A stretch of DNA of 64,000 bases from Moniliella sp. 'wahieum' (GCA_003971905.1 RSEE01000015.1:558001-622000); one strand, 5' to 3'. Counted from the stretch's first letter, positions 12,022 through 26,916 are shown. The notes: generated by a model not told the origin, from the letters alone. Numbers and translations are program-made.

Positions 12022-13744
12022 ATGCCATTACCCACAATCAGCCGGACCCGGCTGGTGTTATTACTCGCAAGGTCAGAAGGCGTGCTAATGAGCCTGCTCA
12101 GCGGGACGGTGAGGCAGGCGGTGGCACTACGGATGCACCGACAAGCGACCTACAACGTGAGCGCTGGCTTGTCGAAGCTGACAGTGGCCTCCATGGCCGA
12201 GTCGATGCGAATCGACCCGCTGATACGGCGGATGCTCGGAGGACAAAGCCCACGTCGCCCTCACCAACAGCGGAGGAAGCGCGTCAAATGGGCTTGTCAC
12301 CGCCGGGTATGGATATGCCTCCATCGGATGAAGAGGGGCCCGGGCAGATCAATCCGCCTTCTTCTCCGACCGAAATGCAGGACGTTGAAGTGGTCAATGA
12401 TTCTGGCGAGGACCCCAACACCAGCGGGCTTTTGATAGTTCACCAATAAGGCCTGAAGGAGAAACCGGACCAATTCGAAGGCGTGAACGGCACGGGCGCA
12501 CGCCTTTGCCCTATGCTCGGTCACCTCAAACTCCTCGTGTCCCGCGGCGTTCTCGCGATTATGAACGGGCCATGGAACCAACAATGTGGCGAGGCATCGT
12601 CGAACTCCAAAACGAGGTCTACGAACTCCGAAAGGACGTCTACGAACTTGGAGATGCTGTTTACGGACTTCGAGATGCTGTTTACGAACTCCAGCAGGAA
12701 CTATTCCACGAACCCCGAGGGAGATTGAATGGCTCCGAGGCGGTAGCCACTTCTGTGACCACTGTGAACCGGGACGCAAACTCATCGAATTGTTGGGCCC
12801 AAGATGCTATTGCACAAGTCCGTCCGCATGTGTGTATACTGTCCTCCCCCTCTTGCATCGTTGGCAAATCAAGACTGACCACAGCATATGTGTAATCGCA
12901 CACTGGATTTGCAGCGCAAGTACATAAAGCAGTTAGTGCTGTGTTGCATGTTATTCAAGGGGCCGTGGGAATCGTGTCATCTACTTGACTTTTGTGTGGT
13001 ACGTCTTCTCGAAGTTGAGCTGCGCGAGAAAAATTCGAGAAAAAGCACTCTGTCTGACAAGGAAGGTTTGTTGGGTCGAGCAGAATTGGGCCAAAACTCA
13101 CGTTGCCAGACCTGGCGTTCCTCGTACCATTTTGGATGCCGCAGCGGATGATAAGGGATCCTTCGGCGACGAAGCACGGAATAGGATGAAGGTATCTCTA
13201 GCGACGATCCGCTACGAGCTTATACGCATTGTGGGTATCTGCATCGGTTATTCCTTTTGTCTTCACGGCACGTTCTGACTGCTTTTCTGCTCGCATTCTA
13301 CTTTGGCAGGTAGAGAAATGCCACTGGGCGGACAATTATACCAACACGTCCAGGCGGGCTCCCGCTGGTCGGGCTCCCGCTAGTGTTGCCCAATTCCACA
13401 GGACGTTTATTCATAATATGGGGGACTATGGGCGCAGCGCCCTCACGGAAAATGAAGCAAGGACGCTGGCGATACGCATCCGCATCCTTCGTTGTCTCTC
13501 CATGAACTGCCTGGATGTACAACCAGCTGCCATTGGCGGCAGTGCGCAGGGACCAACGAATTCACTCGTCCCAAACGACCGTCGCGGTACCCAAAATAGG
13601 ACCAACATCAAGGTTTTGGATACCGAATTTGAGAGGATTTGCTCATCCAATACGATTTATGAGGCTGAGGCCATCGAGGACGCCGTGGCCTTCGAGATGA
13701 AGTGGGGCATATTCCGTAGCCCGTCCCCCTTGGTATCGGAGTGA
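12022..13744 (+). CDS. Orphan protein with leucine-zipper coiled coil (multi-exon, boundaries uncertain)
   Basis: Consecutive protein-like ORF pieces: 11925-12449, 12506-12895, 12888-13151, 12985-13278 and 13229-13744. Plausible introns at about 12818-12914 (CTGAC branch) and about 13231-13309 (CTGAC...CAG). No family recognised. Confidence 0.45.
12596..12700 (+). repeat. 21-bp coding tandem repeat x5 (IVELQNE VYELRKD VYELGDA VYGLRDA VYELQQE)
   Basis: Units begin gt(c/t)tacg(a/g)act at 12617, 12638, 12659 and 12680. Confidence 0.85.
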
Positions 13745-15707
13745 CGGTGCACGCTGAACTCCTCTCAGCGCCAAGCACGAGCTTTGCCCAAGTCATTCTG
13801 GTCTCCGAGCACATGCACACGTTTCACACGCTCTCCTCAGGCCTCCGTACTCTTCCGTTCCCAATCTCGTTTCTTCTTTATGATGTTTGCATGGTACCAA
13901 GTTCTGCCGCCTGTCTGATTTCTTTTCGTTATGCGTACGAAGACAAGCTCGACTGCCACCGATCCACAGATTTCCGGCTCACCTCCGCCTGACCGTCCTT
14001 TTGCCAGATCGGAGGCAGAAGGTGGCCTTTGTAAATGTTACGCCTGTTTTTGGTCGCCATTGCACCTTTACTTTCTTGCGACGGATGTGGACGAAGCTTG
14101 CTCCGATATGTCCAATTCTGTATCCCGTGCATCTCGCTTTTCGCTTTCCCCTGTTTGCTTCTGTGCCCTCCTCGAAGGCTCTTGTTCCCTCCCACGAACG
14201 ATCTTGCCATTTTCTTTCTGTCTGACAGGACCTTGGCCTCCTTTTTGCTTAACAGCCGCGAAGAGTGTTACATATAATGTTCGGACTTGGAGGAGACAGA
14301 GGTGTGACACTTTGCCCTCCGCACCAGCATTCCGTATATATTCATAAGATGTATTCATTGATCACACTGATCGCTTCGCTGATAAGATTTCCAGTGCAGA
14401 CCGTCAATCAGGCCTCCAACATATTCTTCTATGACGTTTTTGGTGCCCCCGCAGGCTCACCGCGCTCACCATTGCATTCCTCAATTCACAAGTAGCGAGA
14501 GACTTTTTGAGTATAGCAGGGAGAAAACTTCCCGAGTGTGGAAACATAAGCCGAAAGCCCTGATGCTCTTGAGGTGGGACACGTTATACACGGTGTAGCA
14601 TGCAAGGTGTAACTCGCATATGTTCACACCAGAGAGATCTTAGTCAAACCTTCACGAGAAAAAGAGGTCCGATCCTCCGTAAGATTGAGATCTGAGAGAC
14701 GACCGCAACAAGATATGCTTTTTGAGAGGACAGGGGAGGTGTTGGTCCTCTTTTTACTAGGGCATCAGGCAATCCTTCTACCGTCCCCTTATTAACCACG
14801 TCTGCTCTCTTCTACCAAGGAATCGTGTGCCTTTTCCTTCTGGAGTGCTTCGTTCTACTCGTCGTGCCCCGACTCTTAACCGGTAACTCGTAAAGTGTTG
14901 GAAGAAAACTGATCGAGGCCATGAGGCCCCTGAGGACGACCGAGGAGAGTGACCATTATAGTGACTGTGACTCTGGTAATGGGCGCGGGACAGCGCACCC
15001 GGGTACTGATGTGCTGAAGCGCTGACGCGTGACGCGCGTGACGACGCCTGCCCTCCCTTACTTGGTACCTACTCCTTAGCACCAGTTGTGCCCAACTACT
15101 AGGCCAAAAGCATGTGCACTGCGCACACACGTGCACACCATAATCACATGGATCGCATGTGCTGTCACACAAGTATTACGTAGACAACAGCTACGAACTA
15201 GCCCAGCCTACCAGCTGGACAGGAGACAAGAGGCGACAGCAGTGGGATCTTGGACCCTCGGGGACAGCTGCATTGGAAGGGTAGAAAGGAGGCGTAGAAC
15301 TTTCGTCCAACGCGAGATACTGCGTTGGGGGGTGCTGAGGCTCTCAGCGTGGGAGTACTTTGAGTTTTTTGCTGTACGCGAGTTGTTGCGGGTGCGCCTT
15401 CTCACTCTCCGTTCCCATGGCGATGTTGTCACACGCCGTACGTGCTGCACCAGGCGGGTGTTGTGTGCGGCCAGATGCTGGTGGCTGCCGAGGCTGCTTG
15501 GCAGTGCCTTGGGCCTGAGCTGAGCTCTGCGGCTGAGAGCGCTGAGGATGCCTGCCCGCACGGCGCGTGTGTGGCAGGTGACGTAGGTGATGCCAGATAG
15601 ATTTGAACGTTGAACTGGGCGGCAGGGGCACGGGCGATGGGCGGCGGCTGGCGACAGGCGCCTGGCTGCGATTGCTGGGATTCAGATCTAAGATCGCACA
15701 GCGGCCG

Positions 15708-15748
15708 GGTGCGGCAGGTGCGGCAGGTGCGGCGGGTGCGGCAGATGC
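15708..15748. repeat. 9-bp tandem repeat GGTGCGGC(A/G) x4 upstream of SLM1
   Basis: Read directly. Confidence 0.75.
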
Positions 15749-16241
15749 CAGGCAGCGCGCTCTCTTGCTTCTTGCGGACAGGCGGTGAAAACGGCCGTGC
15801 GCAGGCACGACGTCATGCGTTGGGGAGCCCCGTGGGGCCAGTGTGTCGCCGCGGCCAGGGCTGTGCGATGACATCATCATCTGCGGGCGGCGTGCTGGCC
15901 CGAGGCTCCGCGCTCCCGGGTGCGCTGCTGCGGGGATGGGGTGAGCCTCCCATGCGGACGGCACGACGCCGGCAGCCGGCTGGCACGGGGGCAGCCGCGT
16001 GCACTGCGAACCTACGCTCTAACATCACGTCACTGCACCCCCTGCGGGGACACTGGGCCCGTGCGGCGGCTGGGGCGCTGGGCTGGGTGCGTCTAGATCT
16101 GCAGGTTCGATCAGCCGGGTGAGCCTGACCGGTGACTGGTGCTCCTGCCCGCACCCAGCTGAGCATCTTCATAAGCTCGTAGCCCCAGCGTCGCCCTTGT
16201 GCTTCCTGCCACCATCTCCCCTGCTCTCCGTATTGCCCCCC

Positions 16242-17931
16242 ATGTCGCAGTACGACGCCCAGTCCATCTCCCGCTCCACCACCGTCTCCCGCAAGAGCAC
16301 GCTTGCCTCCCGCAATGCCTCGCTCATCAAGAAGAACACTGGCCCCAACGAACTGCGCCCATCCGACATTCTGATTGAGCGCTTCAATGGTACGTCTGCG
16401 ACTGCGTCCGCTTCCCCTTGCTTCCACCCCTGTCCCCTGCTAACCCTCGTTGGCGCGCCTTAGGCTGGAAGAACATCACCAAACAGCTCATTGCCTACTT
16501 TGAGGGCATTGCCGACATTGAGTACAACACGGCCCGCGAGCTTACCAAGCTCGGCGGTGTCATTCAAGTGCCCTTCCGCGAGGGCAACCAGTTCCTCGGC
16601 GAGGATGGCATCCAGGATGTGTACTATGCCATCCGTGACAAGACCCGTGTGATTGCCGACCACCATGCCAACCTCGGCAAGACCGTCGAGGGCTCCATTG
16701 TCCAGCACCTCCAGAAGCTCCGCACCGAGATCAAGGCGCATATCCGCAACGTTCAGCAAGACACGGGCAAGCTTGCCAACAGCGTGGCCAAGGAACGTGA
16801 AATGTCAACCAAGCTCATCACTGACCTGGCCAAGTCCATCACGCTCCTCAAGAACGCCCCCATGAGCGTAACGGCACGCGAAGATCCGTGGGCGCAGAAC
16901 GCCACTGTGTTCCGCCAACTGCAGCGCCAGGTCAATGAGGAGAATGCGCTGCAAAAGTCTATCATCATCATGCAGCAGAACTCGGCGCACTTTGAAGAGG
17001 GCATTGTTCGCTCGATCCAGTCGGCTTGGCAGACCTTTGACGAGTGGTCGGGCCGCATGTCGGCGCAAGTGCAGGACACTTGGTTGTCGCTGGGTGTGCA
17101 AATGCGCGGTCTCCAGCCCAATGCGGAATGGATCGCATTTGCTGCGCGGTCGGACCACCTCCTGGACCCGGACACGCCCTTGCGCAACCCCGAGACGATC
17201 GATTACCCGGGCAAGGACGACCCGTCGGTCATCCCGGTCCACCATGGTATTCTCGAGCGCAAGAAGCGCTTTACCAAGACGTACAAGGAATCTTTCTATG
17301 TGCTTACGCCTGCTGGCTATCTCCACGAACACCCATCTTCTGACCCGCACCGTCACCCGCACCCTGTTCTCTCTCTTCCTGCCGGAGTGCACACTCGGCG
17401 CACCGTCGACGATGGCGGCCAAGAGCCACAAGTTCCACATTACCGCGGCCAAGTCGGACAATGCGCTGGCGAGCCTGCGTGGCGAGCAGGCGTACACCTT
17501 CCGTGCTCGCAGTCACAATGAAATGATGGAATGGTGGAACGACATCAAGCAGCTCTCCAAGGTCTACCTCACCACGTCGGAGCAGATGGACCGTTCGGGT
17601 CCTGTGCCTGCCGCGGTCCGTGCCGTCGGCTACCGCTCCGAGGACGAGGAGGAAGAGAGGAGGAGGAGGGGTCGTCGATCGAGGAAGAGATCGAGGAGGA
17701 GGAGGAAGAGGAGGAGCCCGAAGAGGAAGAGGAGAAGAAGAGGAGGAGGAGTACGAGTACGAGCCTGCTGAGACTGGCACTTCCGCTGCCCCTGCTGAGG
17801 CTGTGCCGGGCTACTCGGGTGCCCCCGAGGGTTCGGGGATCCAAATTGGCCACAACGGCTATGCCGTCGAGAAGAAGGCGGAGGAAGCTGTTCCCCATGG
17901 AGAGAGCAGCGCTGCGCCCCACGTTGAGTAA
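16242..17931 (+). CDS. SLM1: BAR-PH phosphoinositide-binding protein, Slm1/Slm2 family
   Basis: RPSDILIERFN|GWKNITKQLIAYFEGIADIE (intron 16390-16463), a helical BAR-like region, then a PH domain GILERKKRFTKTYKESFYVLTPAGYLHE...SLFLPECTLG...YTFRARSHNEMMEWWNDI, and a Glu-rich tail. Frameshifts at about 17370 and in the GAG repeats. Confidence 0.88.
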
Positions 17932-18639
17932 AGCAAAGAAAGTACCTTGCCTCCATATCGTATGGATATCTTGGACTGCGCCTCTTTTTCTTTGGTCAAG
18001 CCCATTATCGGCCTTGGCTACCGCGATTCCCCTCCGCCGCTCCTCCCCCCCGACCCCGTGGCGCTACGACAAAGCGTATTTGCGTACGCTCTGTCTCCAT
18101 CTTGCGCTGAGCGGCGGCGTGTAAATGCGAGGTGCACGACGTGATGTGTCGTCTCCTCTCCTCTTTACTGCGCCTTCTCCCCCTCCCTGTTTCCCTACTA
18201 CTCCCTACTACCGTTCCCCTTTCCCCTCCCACTAGGTCGCTTTTTATTGAGATCCACTCATCGCTCGTTCGCCCCCCCCCCCCCCTCCCTCTTATCCCAC
18301 CCTACCCAGTCCCGTTCTGTTCTGTCCTGTCCTATCTGCGTGTCCTTTCTTTCTCCTCTTTTTTGCTCGTTTATTTTGTAACTCTCTTTGGCCCTTCTAT
18401 GTCGTTTCCTAGTTTGCTAGTAGTTTTGGGGACCAGTCGATATCACATCTGGCTTATCATATCTGGAGCCATGTGGCAATGCCCGCAAGTCGTATGCATC
18501 CCAGTAACACCGGATAGTAGGTACCTTGCCCTCCACCTCCTGTTCTCTTGAGAGGCAAGTAAGCATCCATTCAGCCTCAGATCAGGCAACCGCACTTCCT
18601 CGCCCGGTGGAAGCGGGAGGGAAGGTACGGGTTACTTGT

Positions 18640-19704
18640 CTTTAGGCGAAGCGCGTTCTTCCACAGACTCAGCAGCGTTTTTAGGTGCCCGCTGAGATTC
18701 TGCGGTCCCAGTGCCCTCAGACCCGAGAGCATCGTCCACGCTCCACGCTCCCAGATGATGGATCTCAACCGCCGATACATGAAGATCGTGATTGCCGGCC
18801 TGTTAGAGAGTTGATCAATCGCAATGGCGATGAGGGGTTCGCTCGATTGGAACCCGTCAATGTAAAGTGGTCTCTTGGGACTGAGCGAAACGAGAGCGAC
18901 CTAAGCGCGAGCCCGCCCCATGGCACGGCGTGAGAGATCAATGACCTGGAAAGGGTGCTTATTTTGACCATGGGCGATGAGATTGTGATGAAGGTCGCGA
19001 GTTACGAATTACGTGGGTCCGTGGTGTAAGTAGTTCGATCGTCCATTTGAGATAGCCCGGGGCCACGTGATAGAACATCTGGAGGACCCGGGAAGCAGCC
19101 ACCTGAACCGCAGTGGAAGGGTGGTTGAAGAGATTATTGCTCAAAAGCCGGGTCGTACACCACCTCATACACTGAACTGATCAGTGTGGCATTTCCCACT
19201 TGCTCCAACAGATTTGCCAGTCAGTCTCTTCTAGCCCCATGGCTGGCCAACGTCAACCCGTCGGGGGCACTCGGGCAGAGGGCATGAGTGAAGAGTACTT
19301 GGAAAGATACTGTTTGGAGACAGTTGTAACGGCAATTGCTTGGCCTTGCTCATCCAACATCCCCCCTCCAAATTGACATAGATGACAACCTAATGTCCAC
19401 CCCTCCCGTACAAACTAGGCCTCCCCTTGACCATGATGAGACAGCTTCAACGGGGCAGCCAGCACTTGGAAGAGATGCTTGAGAATTAGCTCGTAGTTGA
19501 TAATGACCCCTTCGGCGCCGAGCTCGGTGAACAATGGTTTAGCACGGAGGAGGAGCGAGAGATGCATTGATCCGCTAGGATACCTCTGCTGCTCGTTCTG
19601 CAACGTGCGCAAGCGGCTTTAACTCCAGACCAGGCGCAAGAAGGCCCTGCTAGGGGAGACGAACGATGGAATTCTCCTTCATCAGGCTTGGGCGTAATGG
19701 GCAT
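18640..19704 (-). CDS. Possible hypothetical gene or pseudogene divergent from ATP2
   Basis: Overlapping protein-like fragments on the minus strand (e.g. LSLLLRAKPLFTELGAEGVIINYELILKHLFQVLAAP and ASRVLQMFYHVAPGYLKWTIELL) with multiple breaks. No family recognised. Confidence 0.25.
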
Positions 19705-20112
19705 CTTGATCCTCGAGCCCCCACGGAACCTTTCGCAGGTCGGGAAAAAAGAGAAACAGGCAGGCGACCACCATGGAATGAGGGATGCGCTTATTCGCTT
19801 CGCGGGGTGCGTGGGCGGACTTGCACCGCGGCGGAATCGTGCGCGCTGCCCTGCTCACGTAAGGGAGGGCGGCCGGGCAGGGCAGGCTTAGTAAAGGCAG
19901 GTAGACTGGCGCTGTGCCTGGCAGCAGGGCACGCTGGCTGCTGCGCTGGCTGCCGCCCGGGGCAGGCACAGGGGCAGTGCCGGGCGGACCAACACAGGCC
20001 CCGAGCCCGCAGGCGGCTTGGCGGTTCTTCTTTCGTGGCTGCCCCTTGGGCTGGTCCGCCGGGGCCGTGTTGGCACTTCTGCTCTCGTCCCCACCGCCCG
20101 TCCATCTGCACC

Positions 20113-21775
<1,663 letters not shown>

Positions 21776-22269
21776 GCCAGCCCCCCGCACCCATCGAAAC
21801 GTAGGCCCCCTCAGCCCAATTCAATGATGCGTTGCCAAAACAAGCAGTGCCCCGCCATTCCCTTTTGTTCCTGTAGCGCCTTTGATGTTGCATGTTAGGA
21901 AACTGCGACAACACTACAACGCATACGGTCGTGGGAGAGGGTAGTGCTAGGGTTTCATTCCACGGCTCTCCAGTTGATTCGTGACCCGGTGACGCCAGTG
22001 ACGTGTGACACCCGCCATGTCGGGCGGAAGGGCTGAGCTCGGCATCAGGCTGCGGAGCCTTTTGCTCGCACCATCTTACTGTCGCTCCGTCCTGTGTCCT
22101 GTCCCCTTCCCTTCGGACGTTGCTTGCACACATGTGGCTCGCCGCTTTGCCTTCATGCCTTGGCTGAAGGCTGCTGCTGCTGTGCAGAGCTGATCGTGCA
22201 GGACCTCTCACGGCCAAATACCATAAACAAAAGCCTTAGTCATCATCTCAACTGGAAGCAAAGTTACTC

Positions 22270-22357
22270 GGGCGGATAGCTCAGTTGGTAGACGCACGCT
22301 TCGCATCTTCTGCGTAAACACTGTGTGAGGTCTGGGGTTCGATTCCCTATTCGTCCA
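22270..22357 (+). tRNA. tRNA-Ala(CGC) with 16-nt intron (22306-22321)
   Basis: Acceptor stem GGGCGGA/TTCGTCC with the G3:U70 Ala determinant. Anticodon stem CACGC/GTGTG, loop TT-CGC-A^T. T-arm TGGGG-TTCGATT-CCCTA. TTTTT terminator follows. The D-stem appears to lack one G (GAC for GAGC). Confidence 0.88.
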
Positions 22358-23521
22358 TTTTTGCATTCGGCAGGTTTCGTAGACATCTCCATGTGTTTGT
22401 GTTGGCACAACCATAGCAAGAGCTCTCCTTGAGCTGCCTTGCTGCGAACCAATCCGTATACTACAGGCACAGCCTGCTCCAGCTCAGAAACGTCTTACCT
22501 CTTGTGCCATACTATCTCCCGGTCAATGTGTAAACTGTGGAAGGAGCCTACAACCCAACCTCCCACTGGCTTAGGCGGCGTCAACACCTGGTTTGAAAAA
22601 GGCTGAGGATGCCACGGCATTGCGAGCAGCCCCCCAGCTCCTGTACGACGTGAACGATGAATATAAGGTGAGCAACATATGTTCCTGCTACTGCGGTACA
22701 GCATGCTTCAGGTCCTGGACCCACACTCACAGCCCTTCCCCAAATATGTACTAGGAGGCACGCGGAGTCGAACAAGATCCGGATCGATGCACCTTACCGA
22801 ATTGGACAGGTTCCACTAACGAACGCGTGGCTGGATGAGGCGATCGTGTCGTGCCGCGTTGGGTCAGGATACGCGTGTTGGAGAGGCCGAGGGTCCACAG
22901 GGAGGGTACTTCTCTCGCTGCCTCATCGTGCATTTCAACGAGTACGGAGGTGGACTCAAGCAGGACGATAAATGCACCAGGAGCTCGCGGGTCGAGCTTC
23001 CTTTAGCAGAGTCTCTCATACCGGCACTTGCGTGGACGATGGCGTCGAGGTCGAGGTCGAGGTCGAGGTCGTTGGAGCGTATGCAATTGCCCCCGAGATG
23101 ACCGAGAAGACTAAAAACAGCTCGATCCTCTAAATTTCTGACAGTCAGTGGACGTAACAGCTACGTCCTCTCTTGGATTCGAGGCGGGTTGCTTCGTCCT
23201 GAGGAGGGGGTACGTGTGTAGATGCCACATTCCGCAGCACGGTACGCTGGTCCATGGCGACCAGGCACAGACGCAAGAGTACATGATTGCACCTGGAAGG
23301 TTCCCATGCTTTGGTCTGCCTCAGAGGACAAAGCGAGCGTTCTGCGTTCGTTGGGCATCGATCTACAATCTACGTTCTAGATCATGGATGGCAGGGACGA
23401 GGCGAGGGAGGCGACTCGACTCTGATCTTAGCAGAAGTAGGGCAAGCACGCTACCAACGCGCTCGGCATCATCAGGAAGGAGGGGGAGGGACAAGAACAG
23501 AGCAGAATGGAAATTATGTTT

Positions 23522-24366
23522 TTACTTGGCTGGTTCCGGGGCCGGTTCGGCGGGGCAGCATGCGGGGCGACGGTGAGGCCCGTAGCATTCTGCACCGCGA
23601 CCAACGACTCGTTCCACCACGACGAGAGGGTGGACGCCGCGTCGTGGGTCGCACTCGAGGTGGTGGCGCGCGCCTGGGCCCACTGCTTTTCCGCTGCGAC
23701 ACGTTGCTCGGTGACCGAGGCGGGCAGGTGCGCGTGCTCCAGTTCCTTGTAGTAGGCAACCAGGTTGCTGCTCAGGCCCGGCTGGAAGTACGCCATCGAC
23801 GCGACCAGGCAACCGGCGGCGCGAGCAGACGCACAGGCAGCGAACCTAGAAACCCGAGGAGGAGAAGCGTCAGTGTCGGTGAACGTGTGGCATCCATCCC
23901 CAAGGGGGAGCACATGCGGACAAAAAGAAAGGAACAGGAAAGGGAAAGGGAAAGGGAAAGGGAAAGGGAAAGGAGATCAACCCAGTAAGTACGTACGGTA
24001 CCGGCCATAGATGGAGCCCGCGAGCGTCGCCACCCCCACATACAGCAAGCCTGGCACGACAGGTTCCTGGGGCGGGACGAGGGACTTGATCCGCGCTTCG
24101 ACAGTGTGCTCAAAGTGGATCCAGCTATTGACCAAGCCAAAGATCTGGTCGCGGCTCGACGCGGTAGCCGCCTCAAGGTGGCGACGCACCACGCCCACTT
24201 GAGTTTGCAGCTCCGTCTCGACGGGCACGAGGGTGACGATGGGCTTGGGCACGGCGTACAGCGGCGAAGAGACGCTCTCGTCGGCAAACACGGGCGAGAG
24301 GAAACCGGCGGTGGCTACGCCCGTTGCGAGCAGCCCAGCCCGAGGTAGGATGCGAAGCGCGGCCAT
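23522..24366 (-). CDS. MIC26: MICOS complex subunit Mic26/Mic27 (apolipoprotein O domain)
   Basis: ETELQTQVGVVRRHL...VNSWIHFEHTVEARIKSLVPPQEPVVPGLLYVGVATLAGSIYGRY|RSLPVRLLAPPVA..MAYFQP...VQNATGL. Intron 23996-23846. Two apparent frameshifts. Confidence 0.82.
23937..23972. repeat. (GGAAAG)6 microsatellite inside the MIC26 intron
   Basis: Read directly. Confidence 0.9.
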
Positions 24367-25006
24367 GGGATCCAAGGCGGGAAGGAGGTGTGGGAGTGAG
24401 GGCAGGCAGGCGAGGGAGAGGAGCAGTGCTAACCCCAGCGATGTTCCAGCTCAGTCGGAAACGCTGGCGCAGTTTGGTAATCATAATCAGACACGGAGCG
24501 GAATTGTCACGTGAAACGTCGTTGCATCTTGAATTCAATTTTCAATGCTGAATGTTGAATCCACCTTCCGATGCGCGGGCTACTCCGCCAATCCAACAGC
24601 GACACAATAAAGCGCCTTCCCCGACCTTACCTGCGGGGGAACTAGGAGCAGAGGCCTTATGCCACCCAAGACGGCATTGGGAACAACTCTACTCACAGCA
24701 GGATGGCAATCTATCTGTCCTGTGGGGACGGCATAATGAGATTCATTTGATCTAGTGATGCAGAACGCACTTCTCCTTCCCCCTTGCTTTTAACCGTGGC
24801 CAAAAGGAAGAAAACAGGACGCTCCATTTTAGCCTCCCCAACTGGTCCACCACACCAACCAAGCCCCGATGCATCCTGCACCGTACCATGAAACTTGAAG
24901 CGGGCAGAAGCTGTACGCGTTTAGCGGCGCGCAGTGAGCATTTGCACACACAGCGCAAGCGTAAGCGCGCGCAACTTGAGCGAAGGATCCGCGACAAGCC
25001 ATATGC

Positions 25007-26916
25007 CTAAATTTTGCCCTCGGCACGCGGCGGCGACCTGCGCCAGAATGTCGACTTGGTTTGCGACGCTGCGCAAGACATCGAGTACTTTGAGGTTTCC
25101 CTTGACAAACGTGTATTCTTCGTAGGGGGGCCCCATTTCTGTGCCCAGGGACGCACGTAGCGATCGCGCACGAGGCGGAGGTTGTGCCGCGGAAGACGCG
25201 GGAAGAGGTGGTGGGTGACTTGCATGTGCAACCCGCCGTGGATAAACTCAATAGACGGAGCGCACTGGACGTCCATTGTGGTGCGTAGTTGCCGAGCAGG
25301 GAACGTTTCGGACGCGCCCTGTTCCTCGGTGCTTTGGCCGAAATGCGAGAGCACAATTTGGATGTGGAGCGGAGAAGCAACAACGTGGCAAATCAGTAAC
25401 CAACCACCCGACCACCGCATCGCCCATCCCGGTTGCGGCGCCAAGACGCAGGTCCAGGTCCAGATCCAGTAGAAAGGCAGTAGGCACAGTTCAAAGTACC
25501 ACCATCCGTCTCGGCGGGCGCGCGTGGCGAGGAAATGTACGATTGGGCGTACAGGTTGAAGCGGGCGAGACCCATGACAATGTAGTACAGCTTGTGCTGG
25601 GCCGCGACCAAGAGTTTGGCCGCGCCATCAAAGAGCATGACACGGCCATAGTAGCTGGTCCATAGGCCGCGCGTGACGCGGCTTGGTTTGGGCGGGCGGG
25701 GGGGAACATCAAATGGCTCGTGATGCGGACTTGGCCGAAGCAGCGGCAATCGCGGCGGTGTTGGGGTCGACTTGGTACTGCAAGAACACAGGCGAGATGG
25801 CAAAAAAGGGGAGGTGCTGGATATCGGGGTCGTGCTCGGTGTGGTTAGTAACAAGGTGATGGGTATCGTGGTTGTCGGCCCACCATGACAGAGACAGACC
25901 CGATCAAGTCGGCAATCAAAGTGCCCAGCAACCGATCAAAAAAAGTGCTTGTGCGTAATCCCATCGTGGGCATCGTGGGCGACAAATGTGACCTGGTGCC
26001 AAGCCAAGCCGGTAAAAAGGAGCTCAAGGAAAACAGCCCATACTGCTTCCAACTCTGCCAGGGGGCCCCACAGCAAGGCGGAAAAGCCACCAGGCGTGAG
26101 GGCGAGAAGGAGGTAGCGGATCATCTCCCTGGCATAGCCAGTCCAAAAGTGAGCTTGTACATGCCATCGGCTCGAATGCGACGGTGCAATGCACGGTAAT
26201 CGGCACTGATGGCGTCTTGGCGGACAGGATCAAGGGAGGCATTGTCAGGCCGTGGCTCGAGGAGCAAGAGTGGCAAGGGGAAGCCGGTGGGCCGCTCCGG
26301 GGCCAGGAAACCGTCTCGTCGGGCAGAAGATCTTTCTTGCCATCGGCTCGCAAGTTGGCAATACGGCGCAAGTACAGTTCCCACGTGTCGAGCTGCGCGT
26401 GGGGGTGGCTGAGTCCAGCGGGTTGGCGGTAGCCCAGTTGGATGGGAGGAACCAGGTTGCGGTAAACCGGGGGCTGGTCACGTGGCTCCAGGACTGGCTC
26501 GACACGATCGGCGGCCCTGAGAGCGTTTCCGCCTCCTGGTCGGTTTGTCAAGGAGGGGTTGGAAGTGGGGTAGAGAGGGTCACCAGGGACAAGGGTGGCG
26601 ATGCAAAGCGGCGCATGCGCTCCAGTGCTTCGTCGCTGTGGTATGCCTCAATTTCGTCTTGCGCATCGCGGCCCACGAAATGGAGGATGGCAAGGGCACC
26701 GCCGGGATGGCGAGAGAGCCAGGCATCAAGTTTGTACACGACGCGGCCGCGCAGCACCAATGTCTCCCCTGGGCGATGCGGGCGCGAGCTGGGCACGGGT
26801 GATGGTGGTGCGGGGTGTCGAGACGGAGGCGGGGGGAGCGGGAGGGCGGCACCGGGGTCGGCGGGGGGGAAGGAGGCGGGGAGGGGGCAACTGGAGGGGA
26901 AGTGGGGAGTGTCCAT
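25007..26916 (-). CDS. SLD1: Cytochrome b5-fused front-end desaturase, sphingolipid delta-8 desaturase type
   Basis: b5 domain YKLDAWLSRHPGGALAILHFVGRDAQDEIEAYH. His boxes HQVTFVAHDAH, WWADNHDTHHLVTNHTEHDPDIQHLP and GGLHMQVTHHLFPRLPRHNLR. Many frameshifts. The start may be at 27053. Confidence 0.85.

Noticed and set aside
12596..12700. CRISPR-like array
   Set aside because: Contiguous 21-bp coding repeats without spacers, in a eukaryotic context.
6845..13744. Mating-type HD1/HD2 locus
   Set aside because: Only one homeodomain is present, central and Yox1-like. The divergent neighbour has no homeodomain.
14555..14770. Possible structured ncRNA bounded by CCTGATGC/GCATCAGG
   Set aside because: Only an 8-bp inverted match. 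No recognisable snRNA, snoRNA, RNase P/MRP or 5S motifs.
17641..17765. GAG/GAA-rich repeat with Arg-rich alternate ORFs
   Set aside because: An ordinary poly-Glu tail of SLM1 read in shifted frames.
22500..23420. Short ORFs and (GTCGAG)4 between tRNA-Ala and MIC26
   Set aside because: No coherent frame, splice pattern or recognisable domain.
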